31,470 nucleotides of DNA, taken from the IMG/VR virus record IMGVR_UViG_3300017565_000037, positions 1-31,470 of that record; one strand, written 5' to 3'. Below, in pieces: positions 18,376-25,476 of the stretch. The DNA is from a virus. Its lineage: Duplodnaviria; Caudoviricetes. Each line of letters begins with the position of its first letter. Positions within the stretch are counted from its first letter, which is position 1. The translations under genes were made by a program, and so were the position numbers. The notes under the pieces are model-generated. The model saw only the letters and a list, made by a program, of their open reading frames with translations. It had not been told where the DNA came from and did not search any database.

Positions 18376-18510
18376 AGCGTCGACCAGCTTGTTCTTTGGA
18401 AGCAAGTCGTACAGCTTTCTCAGCCCGATGATTACGAATGCGTAATACAGAGCAAAGAAAGCCAACACGATCAGCGGCTTGAGAATAAGCGCCAGCAGCC
18501 AAGGTTCCAT
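18274..18510 (-). CDS. Antisense small membrane protein (78 aa), superinfection-exclusion candidate
   Basis: MEPWLLALILKPLIVLAFFALYYAFVIIGLRKLY... has a long hydrophobic segment then basic residues. AT-richer than the flanks, with its own extended -10. Confidence 0.65.
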   Translation of the reverse strand: MEPWLLALILKPLIVLAFFALYYAFVIIGLRKLYDLLPKNKLVDALFRERGNCAPSYGPGYLRNLPDRPHDRSLLPRR

Positions 18511-18516
18511 CCTCGA

Positions 18517-18525
18517 ATAGTACCA
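18517..18525 (-). promoter_or_regulatory. Extended -10 promoter for a leaderless transcript
   Basis: Minus strand reads TG-G-TACTAT-tcgagg-ATG. Confidence 0.5.
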
Positions 18526-18548
18526 CCACCCACCGCAACCCCTCCAGA

Positions 18549-18573
18549 GACCCCGCCCCGAGCGGGGTTTTCT
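18549..18573 (+). terminator. Intrinsic terminator before tail fibre gene
   Basis: ACCCCGC-CCCGA-GCGGGGT followed by TTTCT. Confidence 0.7.
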
Positions 18574-18592
18574 CGTTTCTGAGGTCCAGAAA

Positions 18593-19315
18593 ATGCCCGT
18601 ACCCAACTCCCCTGGTGACCTTTCCCAGAACCCGAACGACAACTACCCAACCGGGTCGGAGTCTATCGGGAACAGCCTGGACGACTACATTCGGACCCAT
18701 GCTGCCTTTATCCGGCAGATGTACTCGCTGGCCTCGTCCAGTATCTCGGCGGCCTCCACGGTCAACGTAGCCCCTGCCGACGGGGAATCGGTCCTCATCA
18801 CCGGGACCGGCACCATCAACAGCCTGGGTGCGGGCTACGTGGGCTGCAAGCGCGAGCTGCGGTTCGAGGATGTCTGTACGCTCACCCATTCCAGCGATCT
18901 ACAACTCCCTGGCGCGGCGAACATCACGACGGAGGCCGGAGACGCCTTCACGTTCCGGTGCGTCGATAGCGGTGTATGGCTTTACGTCGGCGGCAAGACC
19001 CTGGGCGGTGGCGGTGGCGGCTCGATCACGCCGATCCCGGTTACCGGAAACATCACGCTCGATGCGACCTTCCTGGATCAGATTGCCGAGAAGACGGTCA
19101 CGGGCAACCTCACGGTTACGCTGCCGCCTAGCCTCGGAACCGCAGGCCGGATCATCACCCTGAGCAATGCAGCCGCCAGCGGAAACTGGACCATTTCGCG
19201 AGGGTCGGGTGTGGCGCTCTACCGGTATCAGCAGAACGCCAACATCATCATCCCCGCTCGCCGCATGGTGTCGATCTACCTGTCCGGCACCACCGACACC
19301 TGGTACAGCACATGA
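18593..19315 (+). CDS. Tail fibre protein
   Basis: GAGGT SD. N-terminal virion-attachment-like segment ('NPNDNYP...LDDYIR') and two Thr/Gly beta-rich modules separated by a GGGGGG linker. Confidence 0.7.
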   Translation: MPVPNSPGDLSQNPNDNYPTGSESIGNSLDDYIRTHAAFIRQMYSLASSSISAASTVNVAPADGESVLITGTGTINSLGAGYVGCKRELRFEDVCTLTHSSDLQLPGAANITTEAGDAFTFRCVDSGVWLYVGGKTLGGGGGGSITPIPVTGNITLDATFLDQIAEKTVTGNLTVTLPPSLGTAGRIITLSNAAASGNWTISRGSGVALYRYQQNANIIIPARRMVSIYLSGTTDTWYST

Positions 19316-19767
19316 GCCGCTTGCAGCGTTTGCTGGTCTACGATCCGTATCCGGAGGTTGTATGGGCGCAGTTCGGTTCCACCATCGGCTCAGTGGGCAA
19401 TTTCCACTATTTCCGTATCCGCGTCCTGGGCGGTTTGCTTGAGTGCCACAACACCGCGCCGCCGTCTTACACCCAGACAAACCAGTACGACCAAACCATG
19501 TTCACGGGGAGCCCCCGCTTCTTCGGCGCTCCGGTTGCCTTCTTCCAGGCCGCGATCATCGACAACTACGAATGGCGGATCACAGCGATATCGAACATGT
19601 CTTCGCTGACCGGCGTTACGGTGAACACCTGGAACGCCTTCACCGATACATACGTGAACGGACGGCTGACCTTCACGGGCGGCACGGGCTCATACCGGAT
19701 CGAAATTCGGGACAAGAACACGCTAGAAACGGTGGGCTCGTTCACCTACACGATCACAGGCGCCTAA
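19312..19767 (+). CDS. Putative tail fibre tip / receptor-binding accessory protein
   Basis: ATGA-coupled to the fibre. Aromatic/Thr-rich beta protein; last late gene. Confidence 0.55.
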   Translation: MSRLQRLLVYDPYPEVVWAQFGSTIGSVGNFHYFRIRVLGGLLECHNTAPPSYTQTNQYDQTMFTGSPRFFGAPVAFFQAAIIDNYEWRITAISNMSSLTGVTVNTWNAFTDTYVNGRLTFTGGTGSYRIEIRDKNTLETVGSFTYTITGA

Positions 19768-19884
19768 ATCAGACTCGTCTCGCCCAGGTCATGGGCATAC
19801 TGTCCGGGCCAGCAACGCGCCGGTCCTCGCCCCCGAGGACATCCACCGGCCCGGGTCGGCTCAGGGATGGGCCGGCTGCTGGCG

Positions 19885-20109
19885 CTACACGAACCCGCGC
19901 ATGTCTTCGTCGGAGATCGCCCCGATGCTGTGCAGGATCGCTTGCATAGCCTCCACCACGACGAACTCATCCTCGGGCGGGACTCCATCGCCCAGCGCCT
20001 CCTGGACCTCGTTTGCAGCGGCCCAAAATTCCTCGGAATCGCCATGCCTGGCCCACACCTGCCGCAGTGACATGCTGGCCTGTTGGATGCGTTGGGTAAT
20101 GTCGGTCAT
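19885..20109 (-). CDS. Acidic helical hypothetical protein (74 aa)
   Basis: ATGA overlap with the SRAP stop. Translation MTDITQRIQQ...DMRGFV*. Confidence 0.65.
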   Translation of the reverse strand: MTDITQRIQQASMSLRQVWARHGDSEEFWAAANEVQEALGDGVPPEDEFVVVEAMQAILHSIGAISDEDMRGFV

Positions 20110-20777
20110 GTTGCTACGGGCTCCAAAAGTTCTGGGTCGTCGTTCTTGGGCGTATTCACCCGCCGGCTGACCCGGTGGGCCTTCATCGGCGGCGGCTCGC
20201 TTGCCAGCAGGAACTTCATGGCGTCGTCGGGCGAGGCCGTCAGCCAATCTTCCATCAGGTCGGGGGCGATGGTCACGGGCATCCGGTCATGGATGTCCGC
20301 AGAGACGCCACTGGAGCCTCCGGTGATGATCGTGAACGTGGCAGGCGCACCCTCACCGAGTAGGCGGTGTGGCGGCTCCCATAGGCCAGCCGCCCATAGC
20401 ATCCCCTCGGGGTAGATGTACCAGGGGTCCTTCTTTCCGTCGCCCGGGTTAACCGTCCACTCGTAGTAGCCGGCCATTGGGATGATGCATCGACGGGATT
20501 TGAAGGCCGAGCGGAATGCCGGCTTCGTGGCCACGGTCTCGATCCTGGCATTGATGGTCGAGTAGCCCAGCTTCACGTCCTTGGCCCAGCCGGGCAGCAG
20601 ACCCCAACGCAGGCGCTCTAGGGTCACCCCCGGGCCCGGGTCGTAGATGACCCCGGATAGCTGTGTGGGCGCCAGGTTGTACCGGGGCGGCAGCAGAATC
20701 ATCAGGTCGCGCAGCTCCCGCCAGGTCTGGGGCAGGTTGGGGTTCTCCTTGGCGAGCTGGGCGTACCGTCCGCACAT
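20106..20777 (-). CDS. SRAP (SOS response-associated peptidase; YedK/HMCES family) abasic-site protein
   Basis: N-terminal MCGRY (catalytic Cys2), RYNLAPTQ, RWGL, INARIET, GYYEW, IHDRMP and VSRRVN motifs. Confidence 0.95.
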   Translation of the reverse strand: MCGRYAQLAKENPNLPQTWRELRDLMILLPPRYNLAPTQLSGVIYDPGPGVTLERLRWGLLPGWAKDVKLGYSTINARIETVATKPAFRSAFKSRRCIIPMAGYYEWTVNPGDGKKDPWYIYPEGMLWAAGLWEPPHRLLGEGAPATFTIITGGSSGVSADIHDRMPVTIAPDLMEDWLTASPDDAMKFLLASEPPPMKAHRVSRRVNTPKNDDPELLEPVAT

Positions 20778-20838
20778 GGCCGCAGGGTACACCCGGGGCG
20801 TATACGGCCGTGAGACTGGCCGGGCGTAGGCTGGCCCG

Positions 20839-21174
20839 ATGCCCCTCCCCGAAGGCTTCCGCTGGCGGTACTACAACGGCTACCACAACCTGTGGTTGGC
20901 AGAATACGAGGTGGCCTACTTCGTGAAGGTGACCCGGAGCTACCGAATCCAGACCCACGGCTCCAGGTCCATCATGGACATGCGCATCCATTTCCTGCCG
21001 ACTGCCAACCGGTCCCGGCTGTACGTGGAAGCCTGGGCGACCAAGTGGGAGGTTCGGATCAGACGGGCGTGGCTCGAAGGGTGGGGCGGAGGGGTGGAAC
21101 CGCCGCCTAACACGCAACTAGCACGCACGCCCGATTCCAGCGCTGTTTTTAAGGGGCGATCGGGGGCGTCCTGA
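20839..21174 (+). CDS. Hypothetical protein divergent from SRAP
   Basis: 111-aa aromatic/basic ORF (MPLPEGFRW...YVEAWA) with TAGGCT 6 nt upstream of the ATG. Confidence 0.6.
   Translation: MPLPEGFRWRYYNGYHNLWLAEYEVAYFVKVTRSYRIQTHGSRSIMDMRIHFLPTANRSRLYVEAWATKWEVRIRRAWLEGWGGGVEPPPNTQLARTPDSSAVFKGRSGAS
21108..21129. repeat. Integrase arm-type sites, left pair
   Basis: Tandem 11-mers TAACACGCAAC / TAGCACGCACG matching the pair right of the att core. Confidence 0.7.
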
Positions 21175-21210
21175 TTGTGTAACTTGCTGTTTTTCATAGA
21201 GTCACCTTAG

Positions 21211-21256
21211 CTTGACATGGTAGGGGTCACAGGTTCGAACCCTGTACCGCCCACCA
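21211..21256 (+). mobile_element. attP: attP core: 3' part of tRNA-Val(GAC)
   Basis: C-TTGACAT-GGTAG-GGGTC-ACAGG-TTCGAAC-CCTGT-ACCGCCC-A-CCA supplies the anticodon loop, T arm, acceptor 3' strand and CCA. The 5' half of the tRNA is absent. Adjacent to the integrase 3' end. Confidence 0.92.
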
Positions 21257-21260
21257 ATCA

Positions 21261-21273
21261 TATCAGGCACTTA
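21261..21273 (+). promoter_or_regulatory. IHF-binding-like site in attP
   Basis: TATCAG-GCAC-TTA fits WATCAR-N4-TTR. A weaker inverted copy lies near 21180-21192. Confidence 0.6.
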
Positions 21274-22357
21274 CGTCCGATTGGTTGGCGATCATCAGCA
21301 TTCCTAGCACGCACGTAACACGCACGCGGCTGGCGTATCCATCGATCACTTCCACCGCCTGCCCGAGATAGTCGGGCCGGTACTTGGCGTACACCTCGGT
21401 TCGGCCGCCGAAGGCTCGGTGACCCAGGAAGCCTTGAATCTCTGCCTCGGGCACTCCTGCCGCCCGCAGCTCCGTCGCCATCGTGTGCCGGATCGTCTTG
21501 GGCACCACGTCCTCGCCTAACCCAGCCCGTCGCCGGAGCGCCCGCCATGCCGTCTTGAAGCTGGCGATGGGCTTGCGACGCCAAGCCACCAGAGGCCCGT
21601 CCTGCGCATCCAGCAGCGCCTGTCGCAGGAACCCGGCTACCGGCACCACGGGGCGGTATTTCCGGGTCTGCTTCCGCCCCGCAGGGTTCTGCACCAGGAG
21701 CCACCGCCCGAAGTCAACCTGTTCGCGCGTCAGGTCTAGCGCCGCCTCCGGTCGCGTCAGCGTTCCGTACAGCAGGGCCAGCATCATCCGCTCATGGGGG
21801 AGAGTGGTGGACAGCCACAAGGCGGCTGACTCGGCCACCGTCAGCACTCGGTCCCTCGGTGGCGCGTCCTCGCCCGGCAGGATGTAGGGCACGCTCGCGA
21901 TCTCGCCTTCCTTGTACGCGTGGTTCAAGGCGGCCTTCCCCACGGTGAGGATCCGCTTGATGTACCCAGGCGCCTTGCCGTCCTCGGCCAGCCAAGCCAC
22001 GAACTCGCGCTGCCGGCCCGCCGTGACCTCGGAGACCGTGGCTTCGCCCCAGAACTCGGTCCAGTACCGGAGGGCGATCTTGGCGAACTCCGCCGATGCC
22101 AGGCTGCTGGCGTGCCGCTCCCAGTACCGGACCAGGACCAGGGCCAGGGCCGCGTCCTGCGGCTGCTGCTGGGCGATCCGCCCGTGCTTGGCGAACCACT
22201 CCCAGAGTTTCAGCTTGCCTTCTTGAAAATCTGCTGTGCCAAGTGAAGCGCGTCGTGTTTGTCGGGCGGCGGCGTCGAACCACGTTCGGCACCACTTGTC
22301 CGACCCCTCGCGCTTGCTGAGCCAGTATTCTCCGATTTGGCCGGGGCGTTCCTGCAT
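21263..22357 (-). CDS. int: Tyrosine integrase
   Basis: Catalytic R (LTRPEA), K-x-x-R-H (PKTIRH), LGH and Y (EVYAKY). Adjacent to attP. Confidence 0.93.
   Translation of the reverse strand: MQERPGQIGEYWLSKREGSDKWCRTWFDAAARQTRRASLGTADFQEGKLKLWEWFAKHGRIAQQQPQDAALALVLVRYWERHASSLASAEFAKIALRYWTEFWGEATVSEVTAGRQREFVAWLAEDGKAPGYIKRILTVGKAALNHAYKEGEIASVPYILPGEDAPPRDRVLTVAESAALWLSTTLPHERMMLALLYGTLTRPEAALDLTREQVDFGRWLLVQNPAGRKQTRKYRPVVPVAGFLRQALLDAQDGPLVAWRRKPIASFKTAWRALRRRAGLGEDVVPKTIRHTMATELRAAGVPEAEIQGFLGHRAFGGRTEVYAKYRPDYLGQAVEVIDGYASRVRVTCVLGMLMIANQSDVSA
21305..21326. repeat. Integrase arm-type sites, right pair
   Basis: Tandem 11-mers TAGCACGCACG / TAACACGCACG. Confidence 0.7.
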
Positions 22358-22524
22358 TGCTCTTGATACTCATCCAGAATGGATTGGGTGTAGCGGATTG
22401 TCCTTGGGCCGTGTCTCATGGGATGAATCAGGCTAGCGGCCCTTGCCCGCATAAGAGTGGCCTTGCTGATGCCTAGTCGTCGGGCGGCCTCGGCCTCGCT
22501 GAAGGGGATGTCAGCCGCGCTCAT
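22210..22524 (-). CDS. xis: Excisionase-like winged-HTH protein
   Basis: 'FSEAEAARRLGISKATL...GPRTIRY' MerR/Xis-type HTH, directly upstream of and overlapping int. Confidence 0.75.
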   Translation of the reverse strand: MSAADIPFSEAEAARRLGISKATLMRARAASLIHPMRHGPRTIRYTQSILDEYQEQCRNAPAKSENTGSASARGRTSGAERGSTPPPDKHDALHLAQQIFKKAS

Positions 22525-22687
22525 CCGCCCCTCCTTCCACCATCGTTGCTGGGATCATCAGCACGGTTCCGCCGTCGTCGTAGGTGAGCCAGTAGTACCG
22601 TTCGCCACCCGTGAAGCCAACCGCTCCGACCGTAACGGTCTCGCCCATGTAGTCGATTCTGGTTCCTGGTTGGATCGGGTCAGACAT
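22511..22687 (-). CDS. Small beta-rich hypothetical protein (58 aa)
   Basis: GGAGGA SD. Translation MSDPIQPGTRIDY...; overlaps both neighbours. Confidence 0.6.
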   Translation of the reverse strand: MSDPIQPGTRIDYMGETVTVGAVGFTGGERYYWLTYDDGGTVLMIPATMVEGGADERG

Positions 22688-22886
22688 CGGGTTCCTCCAC
22701 GACCAGCCGGACCAGCTTCCCGTTTCGCACCGGGAGCCTGTTCTCCGCTCTTGCGATGATGAGTGGCGCAGCCTCCACCCTCCGGGCCAGGGCGGCGGCT
22801 TCACTCATCAGTTCCAGGTCGTCGTACATCATTCCGTACTTTGCGGCCAGAGCGTTCAACCTCTCCGACAGGCTCCTAGCGGTCAT
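22680..22886 (-). CDS. Hypothetical protein (68 aa)
   Basis: GGGAG SD and ATGA coupling. Translation MTARSLSERL... Confidence 0.6.
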   Translation of the reverse strand: MTARSLSERLNALAAKYGMMYDDLELMSEAAALARRVEAAPLIIARAENRLPVRNGKLVRLVVEEPDV

Positions 22887-23215
22887 GTGGCGGCTCCCTG
22901 TCCCTGCTGGGCGAGCCGCTCGCGTGCAACCCGCGCCCATCGCCTCGTCTGACCCTGGCTCCGATTGCGGAACTCGAGCCGACGCTTGGCTGCGATCACC
23001 TTTGGGGCTTTACAGCCCTTGCCCGGCGCGCACCAGTAGCGCCAGCCATCGTAGTAGCACTGGACCACAACGTTGGCTGCTCGGTGCCGCTTCCTACAGC
23101 ATTCGCACCAGATCAGTCTTCCGGCCTTCGCACCGAAGGACATGGGCGGATCAAACGTGTGATCTTGGAATCCAGTCGCTGGCTGCATTCTGTCCGAGTA
23201 GATATGCAGACTCAC
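22883..23215 (-). CDS. Cys-rich basic hypothetical protein (possible Zn-binding)
   Basis: GTGA coupling at 23212-23215. Contains CECC...C...WCAPGKGC and an Arg-rich C-terminal helix. Confidence 0.55.
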   Translation of the reverse strand: MSLHIYSDRMQPATGFQDHTFDPPMSFGAKAGRLIWCECCRKRHRAANVVVQCYYDGWRYWCAPGKGCKAPKVIAAKRRLEFRNRSQGQTRRWARVARERLAQQGQGAAT

Positions 23216-23496
23216 TCCCCATCCTCCCCGCGCCCGGCGATGGCGTCTATGGCGGATTCCGCAGTCGGATGCAGAATGCCGTCGTCGTAGTAGTAGCCTC
23301 CAGAGCATCGCACCGGCAGCTTCCCTTTCGTCATCACGATCCGCCACCGCCTCGCATCCCGCCCCGCCGCCTCCAGGGCGTCGGCGGCATCCGTCAGCAT
23401 CTTTGACAGGGAGGCCCGGCTATGCGGTTTCACGAGCCCATGTCGCAATATCGTAGGCGCGTACGCGCGCAGCCGCTCGATCAGGTCGTCATGCAT
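23212..23496 (-). CDS. Hypothetical early protein (Ead/Ea22-like mosaic)
   Basis: 'DDLIERLR...AADALEA...RDARRWR...AIDA' motifs typical of lambdoid accessory early genes. Confidence 0.65.
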   Translation of the reverse strand: MHDDLIERLRAYAPTILRHGLVKPHSRASLSKMLTDAADALEAAGRDARRWRIVMTKGKLPVRCSGGYYYDDGILHPTAESAIDAIAGRGEDGE

Positions 23497-23830
23497 GGGG
23501 GCCTCCGAACAACCTCTTGATCAGCGGACGGCGGGTGGCTGGTGCTGCGTCGATGACCTGCAATGCTTGTGACGCCGGGAGCTTGACCTCGAACGCTTGG
23601 AAGCCACCGGCCAGAGCCTGCTCCACCAGCCGTGGCACCTGGTCCCGCAGCTCGCGCGGCATGTCGGCCCAGTTCACGCAGTGCAGCGGGTGCAGCATCT
23701 TGTATGCCTCGCGCTCCGGGTGGATGCCCAGCATTTCCGCGACCTCGCGGAGGGTGCAGATGCTGAAATGGCTGCTGCGGAACATCTTGTTCAGGGCTGT
23801 CGCGGCAATCAGAACCTTAGGATCAGCCAT
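23489..23830 (-). CDS. Hypothetical protein (113 aa)
   Basis: GGAGGA SD; overlaps both neighbours. Confidence 0.65.
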   Translation of the reverse strand: MADPKVLIAATALNKMFRSSHFSICTLREVAEMLGIHPEREAYKMLHPLHCVNWADMPRELRDQVPRLVEQALAGGFQAFEVKLPASQALQVIDAAPATRRPLIKRLFGGPHA

Positions 23831-24329
23831 CGCTGCGGTCCTCCGGCTTCATGAACGTGATCCAGTGCGTGCCGCCACGCTTCCCAGAGGGATGCCCGAA
23901 CAGGGGGCGGTGCGGCGTCAGCGCCAGCACCTCGCGCGTGGCCACTTGGACCTCGGACCATTTGAAGATCAGCACACCCTCCGGGCGCAGCACCCGGAAG
24001 CACTCGGCGAGTCCGGCCCGAAGGTCGTTTCGCCAGTCGACGCCCAGCTTCCCGTACTTCGCGGCCAGCCAGCTACGGGGGCCGGCACGTACAAGGTGCG
24101 GAGGGTCGAACACTACCAGCGGGAACGTATCGTCCGCGAATGGTAGTCGACGGAAGTCCATGCGCGCCTCGGGATGGATGGATAGCACCCGCGTCCCGTC
24201 CTCGCGGTGGGACCGATCCACCACCGTGATCGTCTCGTCGCGCAGATCGCCGAATAGAGCGCGCTGGTCGGCGGGATCGAACCACATCATGCGGCTGCCG
24301 CAGCAGGGGTCTAGGACAGCGGCATTCAA
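23823..24329 (-). CDS. Class I SAM-dependent methyltransferase (phage type)
   Basis: GGAGGT SD with TTG start (TTGA overlap). VLDPCCGSRMMWF SAM motif, VVFDPPH motif IV-like, 'ECFRVLRPEGVLIFKW'. Confidence 0.85.
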   Translation of the reverse strand: MNAAVLDPCCGSRMMWFDPADQRALFGDLRDETITVVDRSHREDGTRVLSIHPEARMDFRRLPFADDTFPLVVFDPPHLVRAGPRSWLAAKYGKLGVDWRNDLRAGLAECFRVLRPEGVLIFKWSEVQVATREVLALTPHRPLFGHPSGKRGGTHWITFMKPEDRSDG

Positions 24330-24826
24330 GGCGCACCTCCATCCGCAGGCTGCGGGGCTGATCCGTTCAGGACGAAAGCCGCAATGTGCCGGCCAGTTCC
24401 CTTTCCTGGCGAGCCATCTTCGGTAGCAAGCCACTTCACGTCGCCCAGGTTGCGTACCTCGGCGCCGGCCTGAATCAGCATGAGGATCCATTTGTCGATG
24501 GGGTATACGAGAACGACACGCTTGCCCTGCTGGGCCTCCGCTATAGCCTTTCTCGCCCAGGCAGTCGGCCCCTTCTTCTTGCCCTCGTGGATGATCGAGC
24601 CAAACGGAGGGTTGACATAATTGGAGTCGCCCCACGGCATCGTAAGGCCATCGAATCCAGCCGGCAGTGGATACGGACACGGGTCGAACGTGAAATTGAA
24701 CTCCGCATTCAACGGCTCATATACCTCCGGCGGTGTCAGCCAATAGTGCTTTCCGTCGGATCCGTTGCCCTTGTGGAACTTATTGTCCTCGGGGAGCAAC
24801 TGGGACTGGTGCAGTTTCATGTCCAT
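24326..24826 (-). CDS. Phage DNA N6-adenine methyltransferase (Dam-like)
   Basis: TAATG coupling. 'WLTPPE...F.FTFDPCP...DGL...W...YVNPPF' with NPPF catalytic motif. Confidence 0.8.
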   Translation of the reverse strand: MDMKLHQSQLLPEDNKFHKGNGSDGKHYWLTPPEVYEPLNAEFNFTFDPCPYPLPAGFDGLTMPWGDSNYVNPPFGSIIHEGKKKGPTAWARKAIAEAQQGKRVVLVYPIDKWILMLIQAGAEVRNLGDVKWLATEDGSPGKGTGRHIAAFVLNGSAPQPADGGAP

Positions 24827-25476
24827 TAGCCCACCCCCTCGCCCGGCTGGGCGTCGTGGTTTGGCTCGAACAGGCGGCCTCCACAGTAGGGGCAGAACGC
24901 ATGCAGGTTGTCCGCCGCGTCGCCATCCGTAAACTGGTGCTTGTTTCCGCAGCCCGTGTCCCAGGAGTCGTCGACAGCATCCTGAACCCACATGCAGGGC
25001 GCCGCAGTGTGCGTCCCATCCACCACCGGCTGCACGGGCGCTTCACTCGCGGTAATGCCGGTATACCCCAGTTGGCGCAGTTCAGCCTCAGCACGCTGGG
25101 CGCGCCCCTTCCAGTCCAGCAAATCCTCGCGCGCGCCCTCGTAAGGGTCTCGGTCGGCAGACGGCTGCACGGGCGCTGCGAGGGCGGCTTCCAGGCGGTC
25201 AGCAATGGATTCAAGATATGCGATCTGCTCTGGATCGTAGTCCCCCAGCTTGGCGGATTGCCTCAGGTTGGACACCACATCCCGCACCGCATCCCCGGCG
25301 GGCTGGGTGGGTGGCGAGCCAATTGGATACAGCGTGTCCGCGAACTTCACGATATCCGCGATCATCTTCTCAGCGAAAGCCTTGTCGTTGCCCGACAGTC
25401 CCACGATGGACGTGTAGGCAAGGTCCAGGATATAGCGCTCTCGCTCGGGCAGGTGATCCACGTTCAGGCCATCCAT
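24826..25476 (-). CDS. Modular hypothetical protein with C-terminal Zn-ribbon-like motif
   Basis: GGAGGT SD. Modules separated by APVQP linkers; C-terminal TGCG...FCPYCG. Confidence 0.65.
   Translation of the reverse strand: MDGLNVDHLPERERYILDLAYTSIVGLSGNDKAFAEKMIADIVKFADTLYPIGSPPTQPAGDAVRDVVSNLRQSAKLGDYDPEQIAYLESIADRLEAALAAPVQPSADRDPYEGAREDLLDWKGRAQRAEAELRQLGYTGITASEAPVQPVVDGTHTAAPCMWVQDAVDDSWDTGCGNKHQFTDGDAADNLHAFCPYCGGRLFEPNHDAQPGEGVG

Noticed and set aside
18593-19885. Diversity-generating retroelement or invertible tail-fibre cassette
   Set aside because: No reverse transcriptase, no TR/VR repeat pair, no invertase and no flanking inverted repeats visible in this window.
20778-20838. 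LexA box upstream of SRAP
   Set aside because: No CTGT-N8-ACAG or GTAC-N4-GTRC match; only an imperfect GTAC...GTATAC symmetry.
21190-21256. Complete tRNA-Val gene
   Set aside because: No 5' acceptor strand or D arm, and the 5' anticodon stem (TTAGC) does not pair with GGTAG. It is an att core.
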